Below are positions 7,936 to 15,895 of a DNA stretch of 20,000 bases, one piece after another (position 1 is the stretch's first letter; every line of letters begins with the position of its first letter). Source of the stretch: an uncultured virus (IMG/VR IMGVR_UViG_3300020596_000022) (lineage: Duplodnaviria; Heunggongvirae; Uroviricota; Caudoviricetes); the IMG/VR virus record IMGVR_UViG_3300020596_000022; one strand, 5' to 3'. The translations under genes and the position numbers were made by a program. The notes beneath the pieces were generated by a model. It ran no database searches. It had not been told where the DNA came from and saw only the letters and a program-made list of their open reading frames with translations.

Positions 7936-7980
7936 TTTATTTTTTCGTTGACACTAGTATATAGTGTTCCAAAGAATAAA
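7936..7980. other. AT-rich imperfect inverted repeat
   Basis: Core ACACTA-gtata-TAGTGT (7951-7967) flanked by TTTATTTTTT and AAAGAATAAA. Confidence 0.55.
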
Positions 7981-8029
7981 AAAACAGGGTTTCCAAAATT
8001 ATTTCGGCTTGGCTCAAAAATAGTTCCAC

Positions 8030-8443
8030 CTAGTGCATATCATCATCTGTTTTCAGATTTTTTAATATTTCTAACGTTGCTTGTTTTTTTAATTCAACTT
8101 TATTTAATTCTTCTTCTCGGTCTTCTTCGTCTAATCGTCCAACCATCAACTCTGCATAATGTTCTATTACAGATTCGTTTGGAGTATCCATTGTTATAAT
8201 TTTATCTTTGGGTATAGGTAAAGTGTTGCTGTTACAAGATGGCATCCAATCAATCAAGAAAATAGAGTGACCTCTACTCTTGCGATCATATTCTTGTACT
8301 ACTCGCATTGGGCCTTTAATGAAGATTAAATTTCTAACGGTATACTCTTCACCTTCATCATTAGTATCTTTCACAGCTCCATCATCAACGTATCCGATGA
8401 CTTCATCACCATTAACTAATTTGATTACTTTAAGATCTGCCAT
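8030..8443 (-). CDS. Sm-like-fold protein of the type found between uvsW and gp55 in marine T4-like phages
   Basis: KVIKLVNGDEVIG...IKGPMRV...LIDWMP...IPKDKIITM...VIEHY pattern, plus synteny. Confidence 0.75.
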   Translation of the reverse strand: MADLKVIKLVNGDEVIGYVDDGAVKDTNDEGEEYTVRNLIFIKGPMRVVQEYDRKSRGHSIFLIDWMPSCNSNTLPIPKDKIITMDTPNESVIEHYAELMVGRLDEEDREEELNKVELKKQATLEILKNLKTDDDMH

Positions 8444-8472
8444 AGTTTACCTTGATAGTTTAACTAACAGAA

Positions 8473-11016
8473 TTATTTAGTGGGCTCCAAATCTATTTGA
8501 TGGAGCTTGTACTTGAACTTCTCAGCGTTGTATATTTTAACTCTTTCAAGAAAGTGTTTGATAGCAAAGTTTTTATGTTGCTTGTGTATCATATCATCAA
8601 CGATATCATATAGTGTTGCTTTATCTGAATCACCAATACGTAATGCTCTGCCAATACTCTGTAATGTTTTAATTCTTGATTTTGTAGGCGAAGCGAATAT
8701 GATGTTATCAAGATTCTTTATATTAATACCTGTACTGAATACACCACTTGAAGCAACGATGATCGCATCTTTCTGTTTATCAGTAATCTTTCTGATCTGT
8801 TCTCTTACTTCACCTTCAGTAGCACCAGAGACAAAAAACACCTTTCTATTTGGAGTAGTCTCTTCAACTTTCTTTTTAATTGAGTCATATAAAACTTTAC
8901 CATGACTTATGAATTGGAATAATATAAGCGTATTAGATTTCATGCTTACTGCTAGATTGCGAATAAACAAATTACGCTTCTTGTTTAGAATAAGATATTT
9001 GATTTCATCTTGATACTTCAGAATTTTATTTGCTTTACAAGTCTCTTCAGAGTATTTCAATATTAAACATTTAATATTTAATTCTGCTAATTGCTTTTTA
9101 TCCATCAATGTTTTGGTTGTAGTAACTTTGAAGACTGGGCCAAACAAACCTTCAAGCACTAGCTTATGTGTTTGTGTGCCATCAAGTGTACCTGTAGTGC
9201 CGAACCTGTAAGTAGTATTTACAAGTTTCTCCATTATACCTTTCATTGAGTTTGCTTTGAATTGGTGAACCTCATCACCAATCACAACATCAAAATCTTT
9301 GAAGTATTCTTTTGGCATTTTATAGATCGATTGCCACGTAGAAACCACGATAGGTTTCTTAGTTGTCTTATCTTGACCTGAGAAAATAGGGTGGCACATT
9401 TTATCAACATCAAACTTTGGATCTTTCTTAGCATAGTCTCTAAAGTCTGATATCATCTGAGATACCAACGATATTGTTGGAACGATAATCAAAGTCTTTT
9501 TGTTGTAATGTCTAGCTAGGGAATAGATGATTAGGCTTTTGCCTGAGTTGTGGGTTACACACCAATCACCTAGAAAATATAAATGATCCCCATCTAACTG
9601 CATACCATAAAACGTATTGTTACCAACATCTTCCACTGTAAAACAGTGTCGGTTGTGTTTTTTGTTTGGGTTATCTACTATTGCCTTTTTTCTATCTAAC
9701 TTACACGGAATAATAGATATATTTCCAATAATTGAACACGACCAATATATTCTCTTAATTTTTGCGATGGTATTTGTGGCACACTTTAATCCGCTTTTGA
9801 TTTTTACAAAAAACCCCAAACTTCTTGCCACAAATGCTACGTCTTCGACCAGTTGTTTGGATTTAGATGTATATGAATAATAAGTTTTGGTTTTACTTAA
9901 ATACCCGTCCGTATCTATTAATCCTGCTAAGAGTTGCAATCTACTAGAAATAGATGATGTTTTGTATACGTCAGGAATATACTTATTACCACAGGTTAAA
10001 GAGCCACCGATATCAATTCCAATCTTTCTGAAAGCATCCGTGAATTTATTTGGGCTACTACGGGTGGTGTTTTTTATATCAGAAAATCGTATCGTTCGAC
10101 AATTACTCCTGTTTGTTTTGATGGTTGGTGTGATATGGAATTCCATCTTAACATAATCAGCAAAGTGTTCAATTAGCTCATTATCTTTCGAGGTAAGTGC
10201 AGGGGTGCGCGAATGCCCATCTCCGAGATAGGCACCAACAATATATGGATCAACTAAGAGAGTTTTATTATCATTATTGAATGCAATACATTTGTCATTC
10301 CAGTACAGTTTATGGCAGTGTCTCCAATGTTTACTTTTCTTAATGTAATCTTCCACTGAAATATTAATTATATTCTCTTTCGACGTATGAACCAAACTTA
10401 AAATATGTTCCCCATTAACTTCAAAACTTTTAAATTTGTTACTTTTGCGTCCACCACATGCAATTTTATATATTTTTCCGTATCCTTTAATAGTCTTTAA
10501 TACCGTTCTTGGATAATTATCGGGTCCCATTAACAAGTCACCGACTTGTAGGTTTTCCACAGTTTTACAAGAACCGTCGTATTGTATGACCTTAGTTCCT
10601 GCGACGTGACACCCTGTAGGAGACACTAATAAAGCTCTCCTGTGCTTCACAGCGTAGTGTATCGCACTGAGTTGATAGTCACGAGCATCAAAGGGTAATT
10701 TAAGCCGTTTAGTTAGGCTATTTGTATCTTCTAATGTGAAAGGAGTTATCTCTTCTATTTCTGGATCGATATCTAAAGTATAATCTCTAGCATCACAGAA
10801 TACTTTTAGGTAATGAATTAAGCCTGCGTATAGACTCCAATCCATAGTATTGAATAAGCGAATATAACCATCCCAGGTACGCATCTTGTACGCTGGCATG
10901 AACTGATAGCCTGGGACTCTAAATTTAAAAAATTCAGAAAGCTCCTGGATCACTCCAGAAGAAGTCTCTACCCTTACGTAGACTTGGTTGATCTTTTTGA
11001 TCGATAGATGTTCCAT
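8473..11016 (-). CDS. uvsW: UvsW SF2 DNA helicase, intein-containing precursor (492-aa extein)
   Basis: FRVPGYQFMPAYK..WDGYIRLF, RDYQ, split Walker A SPTG/SGKS, VIGDEVHQF, FGTTGTL, GVFSTGINIKNL, QSIGRALR. Confidence 0.97.
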   Translation of the reverse strand: MEHLSIKKINQVYVRVETSSGVIQELSEFFKFRVPGYQFMPAYKMRTWDGYIRLFNTMDWSLYAGLIHYLKVFCDARDYTLDIDPEIEEITPFTLEDTNSLTKRLKLPFDARDYQLSAIHYAVKHRRALLVSPTGCHVAGTKVIQYDGSCKTVENLQVGDLLMGPDNYPRTVLKTIKGYGKIYKIACGGRKSNKFKSFEVNGEHILSLVHTSKENIINISVEDYIKKSKHWRHCHKLYWNDKCIAFNNDNKTLLVDPYIVGAYLGDGHSRTPALTSKDNELIEHFADYVKMEFHITPTIKTNRSNCRTIRFSDIKNTTRSSPNKFTDAFRKIGIDIGGSLTCGNKYIPDVYKTSSISSRLQLLAGLIDTDGYLSKTKTYYSYTSKSKQLVEDVAFVARSLGFFVKIKSGLKCATNTIAKIKRIYWSCSIIGNISIIPCKLDRKKAIVDNPNKKHNRHCFTVEDVGNNTFYGMQLDGDHLYFLGDWCVTHNSGKSLIIYSLARHYNKKTLIIVPTISLVSQMISDFRDYAKKDPKFDVDKMCHPIFSGQDKTTKKPIVVSTWQSIYKMPKEYFKDFDVVIGDEVHQFKANSMKGIMEKLVNTTYRFGTTGTLDGTQTHKLVLEGLFGPVFKVTTTKTLMDKKQLAELNIKCLILKYSEETCKANKILKYQDEIKYLILNKKRNLFIRNLAVSMKSNTLILFQFISHGKVLYDSIKKKVEETTPNRKVFFVSGATEGEVREQIRKITDKQKDAIIVASSGVFSTGINIKNLDNIIFASPTKSRIKTLQSIGRALRIGDSDKATLYDIVDDMIHKQHKNFAIKHFLERVKIYNAEKFKYKLHQIDLEPTK
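9547..10611 (-). mobile_element. intein with LAGLIDADG homing endonuclease (355 aa)
   Basis: Starts CHVAGTKV after SPTG. Block B VNGEH, block C YIVGAYLGDG, block E LLAGLIDTDG, block H SKQLVEDVAFVARSLG, block F FYGMQLDGDHLY, ends VTHN followed by Ser+1. Confidence 0.96.
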
Positions 11017-11176
11017 TAGACTTTTCGCTTATCCCACAATTACACTCGCTAGTGTTATTTAGGCGGTGCGTAAAAGCGAATATCCCATAAGCCACAGTAA
11101 GACCAACGATCAAAACTGAGAAACTGAAAGCAACCAAGTGTGGCGTTTTAAGTCTAGCGAACTCATCAAAATCCAT
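10934..11176 (-). CDS. small single-pass membrane protein
   Basis: ATG at 11176 follows the uvsY stop (TAA-T-ATG). Hydrophobic stretch LVAFSFSVLIVGLTVAYGIFAF; tail overlaps uvsW by 83 bp. Confidence 0.6.
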   Translation of the reverse strand: MDFDEFARLKTPHLVAFSFSVLIVGLTVAYGIFAFTHRLNNTSECNCGISEKSNGTSIDQKDQPSLRKGRDFFWSDPGAF

Positions 11177-11177
11177 A

Positions 11178-11609
11178 TTAACCCCCATTAGCAAATTTTC
11201 TAAAATCAATAGCGTTCTTAATCAAAAAGTTTCTAGTGTTCAATGTTTTAATAATCTCTTCCAGAAATGCTACCTTTTCTTTTTGAACTGTTACCTTGAT
11301 TAATTTATCTGCTAATTCTTTATCAGCATCAAGATATATTTGAACGTCACCTTTAAGAACAAATTGGAACGGTTCCCATCCAAGTTCTTTACATTCATTA
11401 CCTGAAAGTTTTCCAGTGTAGTATTCATGCTTAAGTTTATAGAACTGAGCTACGTTATTCTGTTCAGACTTGAGTTGGACTTTTTCTCTTAGGTATAACT
11501 TATAATATTTGTTATGTAAGAATGGAATCTTTAGACTCTCTTCGTCAAGAGAAGACCTGTCGATCTTAACATCTTCATCCCATAGTGCTTCAATCTCTTC
11601 TAACTTCAT
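11178..11609 (-). CDS. uvsY: recombination mediator UvsY
   Basis: MKLEEIEALWDEDVKID..LDEESLKIPFLHNKY, EYYTGK, YLDAD, RNFLIKNAIDFRKF; adjacent to uvsW. Confidence 0.95.
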   Translation of the reverse strand: MKLEEIEALWDEDVKIDRSSLDEESLKIPFLHNKYYKLYLREKVQLKSEQNNVAQFYKLKHEYYTGKLSGNECKELGWEPFQFVLKGDVQIYLDADKELADKLIKVTVQKEKVAFLEEIIKTLNTRNFLIKNAIDFRKFANGG

Positions 11610-11610
11610 A

Positions 11611-11736
11611 TTAATCTTCGTTATGATGAACTAATCTTGCTTCTTCAATAGTTTCTTCTTCAACTTTACATAGAGATATAGTTATTTCATGGCCATCAAT
11701 AATAGCTTTTTTATGATACCAGAAATCTTCTGCCAT
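11611..11736 (-). CDS. 41-aa hypothetical protein missing from the ORF track
   Basis: MAEDFWYHKKAIIDGHEITISLCKVEEETIEEARLVHHNED* fills the gap exactly, with TAG-T-ATG upstream and TAA-T-ATG to uvsY. Confidence 0.7.
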   Translation of the reverse strand: MAEDFWYHKKAIIDGHEITISLCKVEEETIEEARLVHHNED

Positions 11737-11737
11737 A

Positions 11738-12055
11738 CTAAGCATGGTAAGCAAGTCCTATGATAGCATCTTTACCTTGCCATTTGATTTTATACCAAGT
11801 GTTATCACAACAACCCTGTAAAAGTCTTGATAGATTATATTCTTTTGGAGCTAATAGCTTAAAAGGAACAGCTACAGTTTTATATGACTTTGAATTTTCA
11901 TCCCATTCATCTGCGGTAGTCATATCATCAGTTTCTTCAAACTCATTTAGATCATGAGTGATGATAGCATAGTCCCAATCATCAAGACACACGCCTGCGC
12001 TCCAGAGATATTCACTCTCTGATTCCGAAAATTCTGTTCTGTATTCAAAATTCAT
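11738..12055 (-). CDS. acidic hypothetical protein
   Basis: 105-aa ORF, AGGT upstream, packed on the coding strand. Confidence 0.75.
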   Translation of the reverse strand: MNFEYRTEFSESESEYLWSAGVCLDDWDYAIITHDLNEFEETDDMTTADEWDENSKSYKTVAVPFKLLAPKEYNLSRLLQGCCDNTWYKIKWQGKDAIIGLAYHA

Positions 12056-12075
12056 AGTAACCTATAATAACATTA

Positions 12076-12426
12076 TTAAGATTTTGGAACAAGTATAATG
12101 TGGACTGGCTTATGTTTCTTTTCCATTTTGTTTATCATATCTAGTGTACCTCTTGATTGACCATCCCAGAAAGCAACCAAGCAATCAGCTATCTTAGCCA
12201 TGTTTTCGTTTCTTATTGGGCCAGCAGCTTTACCAAATAGTGCCCAGTCAGCCTCAAAGACTCTTAATGGAATCTTATTATGTGAAGCGTATATTTCTCC
12301 ACAACAGTCGGCACCTCTAGCACCACCTGAAATAATCTCTGTAGGTTTTAGATTTAGTTTTGAAAACTCTTCTTCAAATAGTTGGTAATCAGTAAAGTTT
12401 CTACTACCAGCAATTATAACTTTCAT
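12076..12426 (-). CDS. SLOG-superfamily protein (DUF2493/YspA-like)
   Basis: MKVIIAGSRNF, IISGGARGAD, ADW..FGKAAGPIRNENM, VAFWDGQSRGTLDMI. Confidence 0.88.
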   Translation of the reverse strand: MKVIIAGSRNFTDYQLFEEEFSKLNLKPTEIISGGARGADCCGEIYASHNKIPLRVFEADWALFGKAAGPIRNENMAKIADCLVAFWDGQSRGTLDMINKMEKKHKPVHIILVPKS

Positions 12427-12665
12427 TTCTTTCCCATCTCATATGCTATCCAGTTATCGTAACTGTCAGGTTCATTTTTATAATTATCGTATTGTAGATG
12501 ATCGGTTTTGATTGCTCCCTTCCAGATATATTGAACACGTATTCCTGGTTGCCAGTCTTCAAGATAGCCAGCGAACTCAGCATATACGCTATTACCTGTA
12601 TATGGGAAATACAAAAGTAATTCTTGTTGTAGTGTTAAACTTTTTAACCACTCTGGAACTTTCAT
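12423..12665 (-). CDS. hypothetical protein
   Basis: 80-aa ORF with an ATGA overlap to the next gene. Confidence 0.7.
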   Translation of the reverse strand: MKVPEWLKSLTLQQELLLYFPYTGNSVYAEFAGYLEDWQPGIRVQYIWKGAIKTDHLQYDNYKNEPDSYDNWIAYEMGKK

Positions 12666-12680
12666 AACAATAATACATTT

Positions 12681-13013
12681 CTACTCAGCTTTTTGTGCTT
12701 GCTCAATGATCCATTCTAGTAGCTTAGGATTCTTTTTCAAAACATCTGTTAAGTTATTTGATATCTGTGTTACAAACTTTTCTTCTCTACGTCTGTCCAT
12801 AGACACTTCATACTCTTCTATGATGCCGTGCATGACTTCGTGAATAACTGTATCAAGATAATCACTGGCGTTTTGTCCCTTAGTGATCTCTATTAGTTGT
12901 TTATGATATGTTATCTGGCCGAGCGCTTCTTTACTAGCACCCCAAGATTTAGCGCGGCTAATAACCTTATAATCGGTTTCGTTGATTTTAATTTTCTTAG
13001 GTCTACGTGCCAT
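12681..13013 (-). CDS. small HEXXH zincin-like metalloprotein
   Basis: DTVIHEVMHGI followed by EEKFV as a candidate third-ligand helix; AAGGA RBS. Confidence 0.75.
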   Translation of the reverse strand: MARRPKKIKINETDYKVISRAKSWGASKEALGQITYHKQLIEITKGQNASDYLDTVIHEVMHGIIEEYEVSMDRRREEKFVTQISNNLTDVLKKNPKLLEWIIEQAQKAE

Positions 13014-13024
13014 ATAATTTTCCT

Positions 13025-13585
13025 TTAAGGTCTTGTAATTCGGTATAGATCATATTTGAAAATAGCAGTACAGGTCAACTCAATTACATTTTCATCTCTA
13101 GTATCAAATTTCAATTCACTTAATGAGGTTGGATAAACATCTTGATATGCTATTTCTAGCACAACATTATTCTGGCTGTTACGAACAACTAATAAAGCTT
13201 GTCCATATATCTGTCCGATCTTAGTAGCAGGTGGAAGTAATTTTCGTGTACCACCATCAATATCTTTATCAATACCTTTCTTGAGATCAGAATACTGAAC
13301 AAAGTTTTCTGGGAAACCAATGCCTTTCATCCAGTTAAAGATATCCGTCCAGTTCTTAATGTCTTCATCTACTTTGAAATCAACAACAAGTTCTCCCCAA
13401 GAAAGTCTATCACCCTGCCAAGGAATATTATTGAACGGAGTGCCTTGGGCGTTTGAAGTGGCAGGTAAAGTTATTCCTGGGACGTTAGCAGCTTGAACAA
13501 AAAAGTCTACGTTCTTTAATCGATCTATGCTAAAATCAAATCTGAGAGGTGAAGCAAAGTTCCTATTTTTAATTTGTTCGGTCAT
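13025..13585 (-). CDS. 3: tail completion and sheath stabiliser gp3
   Basis: NRNFASPLRFDFSI, VDFFVQAANVPGITL, GDRLSWGELVVDFKVDEDIKNW, VYPTSLSELKFD; position between gp23 and uvsY. Confidence 0.9.
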   Translation of the reverse strand: MTEQIKNRNFASPLRFDFSIDRLKNVDFFVQAANVPGITLPATSNAQGTPFNNIPWQGDRLSWGELVVDFKVDEDIKNWTDIFNWMKGIGFPENFVQYSDLKKGIDKDIDGGTRKLLPPATKIGQIYGQALLVVRNSQNNVVLEIAYQDVYPTSLSELKFDTRDENVIELTCTAIFKYDLYRITRP

Positions 13586-13625
13586 AATAGACTTGCTCTT
13601 TTTGATTGTATTATAAGGTTCATAG

Positions 13626-13633
13626 TATTTATT
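13626..13633 (-). promoter_or_regulatory. T4-type late promoter variant (AATAAATA) for gp3
   Basis: 7/8 match to TATAAATA, 40 nt upstream of the gp3 ATG. Confidence 0.55.
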
Positions 13634-13698
13634 TTAACATGAACCCTATCCAAATGCAATATAAAAATATATATGCTTGGAAGAGAAATAGGCCAAGA

Positions 13699-14445
13699 TT
13701 AAAGAGATTTGCATTTCCAGCCCTGGCTCTGTGAAATAATACCTTTAGATACTTTCCAGAGGTTTTGGGTAGATAGGTTATGTTCCCGACAGAACTTGGT
13801 GAGATTGGTTATTCTGTGAATAATTCCCTCTGGCGATGTAAGACTCCATTGTTTGGACATTCTTGCTCTAGTCTTTTCTTTGAATGCGTCAGATTTTTTA
13901 TGGTGCATCATGGCATCTGATATTGCTTGTTTATGCTCTATTGACATAGACCAACCTGAGCCCCTTGTGGATACACCTTTTAGTTTTTCCGATCTCTTTC
14001 TATTAGATTCGGGTGATTGTATTTTACCCTTTTGCATTTCAGAGTATTTTTTTCTTTCTTCTGGTGTCCATCTTTTCTTGGCTGATTCGGACATTTGTTT
14101 TTTCTGTTCATCCGAAAATTTATAGCCCCAAATACCACCATCACCACCATCAGTGAGATTATATCCCCAACCACCATTTGCTAAACTATTAGATATTTTA
14201 ATAAAATACTTTTCTAATTCCTTTGCATGATCCAAATTTTTTGTTTGACATAGTATTTCAAATTTAAAATTAACTTTACCGTGTTTTAAAATAGCCCTGT
14301 GTAGTGGTTTTGCTTTTTGTTGTGGTCCCTTAGGTGATTTGTGTTGGTCCCACCTTTTACGTGGCGGCGTTTGTTGTGTCAGGCCAATATATTTTCTTTC
14401 ATTAGAAAGATTAGTAATACGATAAATTGAAAAAATGACGTCCAT
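13699..14445 (-). CDS. free-standing GIY-YIG (Seg-like) homing endonuclease with NUMOD3-like repeats
   Basis: SIYRITN..KYIGLT, RWDQH, ELEKYFI, GYNLTDGG. About five (H/F/Q)SxExKxKxS repeats and a C-terminal NLTKFCREHNL...GWKC HTH-like module. Confidence 0.92.
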   Translation of the reverse strand: MDVIFSIYRITNLSNERKYIGLTQQTPPRKRWDQHKSPKGPQQKAKPLHRAILKHGKVNFKFEILCQTKNLDHAKELEKYFIKISNSLANGGWGYNLTDGGDGGIWGYKFSDEQKKQMSESAKKRWTPEERKKYSEMQKGKIQSPESNRKRSEKLKGVSTRGSGWSMSIEHKQAISDAMMHHKKSDAFKEKTRARMSKQWSLTSPEGIIHRITNLTKFCREHNLSTQNLWKVSKGIISQSQGWKCKSL

Positions 14446-14481
14446 ATTGCGTAACCATACTTTATTGTAGTAATATAAGAT

Positions 14482-14515
14482 AAAAATCAGGGGACATAAA
14501 GCCCCCTGATTCTTT
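14482..14515 (-). terminator. intrinsic terminator downstream of gp23
   Basis: Stem AATCAGGGG / CCCCTGATT with T-runs on both sides, about 25 nt after the gp23 stop. Confidence 0.88.
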
Positions 14516-14537
14516 TCAATTCAAAAACCAATTCGTC

Positions 14538-15839
14538 CTAGAGGAGGTTCCGAACACGAATTTTCCGATAATATACGTTTGTGCCAGCAGTAATCGCACC
14601 GTTGCTATTTCCAGCAAGATTTGAGAACGGATTAGCAACAATACCGTAACGGGTCTTGAATCCAATTTTTGGTTGGAATGAATCTTGACCAACGGCACGC
14701 AACATTTGAAGCGGAACGTATGGGCAATAGAACAATCCAGCATCGTACTGATTGCTTCCTTTGAATCCCATTACATAGAAATTCTGTGTAAGAGGAGCAT
14801 AAGGGTCAACGAATACCTTGAAACGTCCATTAAGAACACCAACAAAAGTGTTGCCAGTGTCATCAACGTTTAGGTTATCTTTCAATGCGCTACCGCAATC
14901 AAGAAGACCAGCAACGCTAAGAGCAGAAGCCGTATCGGAGTCACAGATAACAAAGTTACCACGACCACGACGAGTTTCTTTAGCAATTGCGTTAGCATCG
15001 CGTTCCATCTGAACCATCAGACCCTTGTACTTTTCAACAGACCAACGTCCATTTGAATCTACATCTAGATCGAATTCGCCAGCAACAGAAACATCTTGTT
15101 GGGCACCAGGCACAGCAGAGATGTAAATTGTACGAATGATTTCACGATTGATTTCAGCCAAGATTTCAGCAGAAAGAATGTTAGCAAGTTCAGACTCAGC
15201 ATCTAAACCATGAACAGCTTTCAAATCTTGAGCAATTTCCATTGTGTACTCTGCTTTAAGGGCACGAGTCTTAGCTTCAACAGAAACTTTATCAATCGAG
15301 AATGCCATTTCAGCAAACACACCATCACCGACTCCACCGCCACCAAGACGCTCAGCAGCAGAAGTCGAAAGACCTTCGCCACGAGTTGGAGGACCAAATG
15401 GGTCAAGAGGATTTGAATGCACCGATGCAGGGTCGCCAGAAAAGTCTGTATCTGCTTCATTATGAAGTGCTTCTACGCCACCTTGCGATGTGTACTTGCT
15501 CTTCAATGCGAAGATCAATCCGGTTGGAGCTTTCATTGGCTGTACGCCACACACGTCAAATGCCATCAAATTAGGCAATGATCGACGAATCAGTGAAATT
15601 AGCACTGGATCGTAACCCTTCAAGTTTGCGTTGTTGTTAGGAAAACCTTGTGCGGCGTTAGCAGGAGCGGCTTCTGCGAGCATATTAAGCCCGAATGTTC
15701 CTTGCTCACGCATGTCGCGTTCTTGGTTTTCTAACAGTACTGCACATACTGCTCGACGGTGTGAATCCTTAATTTGTGGGAGATCCTTATGATTAAGAAT
15801 CTTGTCCCATTTCTTTTGAAGTTCTTCTGAGAGATACAT
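14538..15839 (-). CDS. 23: major capsid protein gp23
   Basis: AVLLENQ, DPVLISLIRRSLPNLMAFDVCGVQPM..PTGLIFA, RALKAEYTMEIAQDLKAVHGLDAESEL, YCPYVPLQM, FQPKIGFKTRYG. Likely gp21 cleavage at MLAE/AAP; AGGAG RBS. Confidence 0.99.
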   Translation of the reverse strand: MYLSEELQKKWDKILNHKDLPQIKDSHRRAVCAVLLENQERDMREQGTFGLNMLAEAAPANAAQGFPNNNANLKGYDPVLISLIRRSLPNLMAFDVCGVQPMKAPTGLIFALKSKYTSQGGVEALHNEADTDFSGDPASVHSNPLDPFGPPTRGEGLSTSAAERLGGGGVGDGVFAEMAFSIDKVSVEAKTRALKAEYTMEIAQDLKAVHGLDAESELANILSAEILAEINREIIRTIYISAVPGAQQDVSVAGEFDLDVDSNGRWSVEKYKGLMVQMERDANAIAKETRRGRGNFVICDSDTASALSVAGLLDCGSALKDNLNVDDTGNTFVGVLNGRFKVFVDPYAPLTQNFYVMGFKGSNQYDAGLFYCPYVPLQMLRAVGQDSFQPKIGFKTRYGIVANPFSNLAGNSNGAITAGTNVYYRKIRVRNLL

Positions 15840-15883
15840 GTTTAATTCTCCTTGTTAAATTACTTTGTGAATTTCTCTAAAAG

Positions 15884-15891
15884 TATTTATC
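15884..15891 (-). promoter_or_regulatory. T4-type late promoter variant (GATAAATA) for gp23
   Basis: 7/8 match in the gp22-gp23 gap, the usual position of P23. Confidence 0.6.
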
Positions 15892-15895
15892 TTTT

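Noticed and set aside
7948..7980. Plus-strand promoter starting at TTGACA 7948
   Set aside because: There is no acceptable -10 at 16-18 bp and no credible plus-strand gene downstream.
13586..14537. Group I intron around the GIY-YIG gene
   Set aside because: gp23 and gp3 are both complete, the flanks are only about 100 bp, and no intron core elements were recognised.
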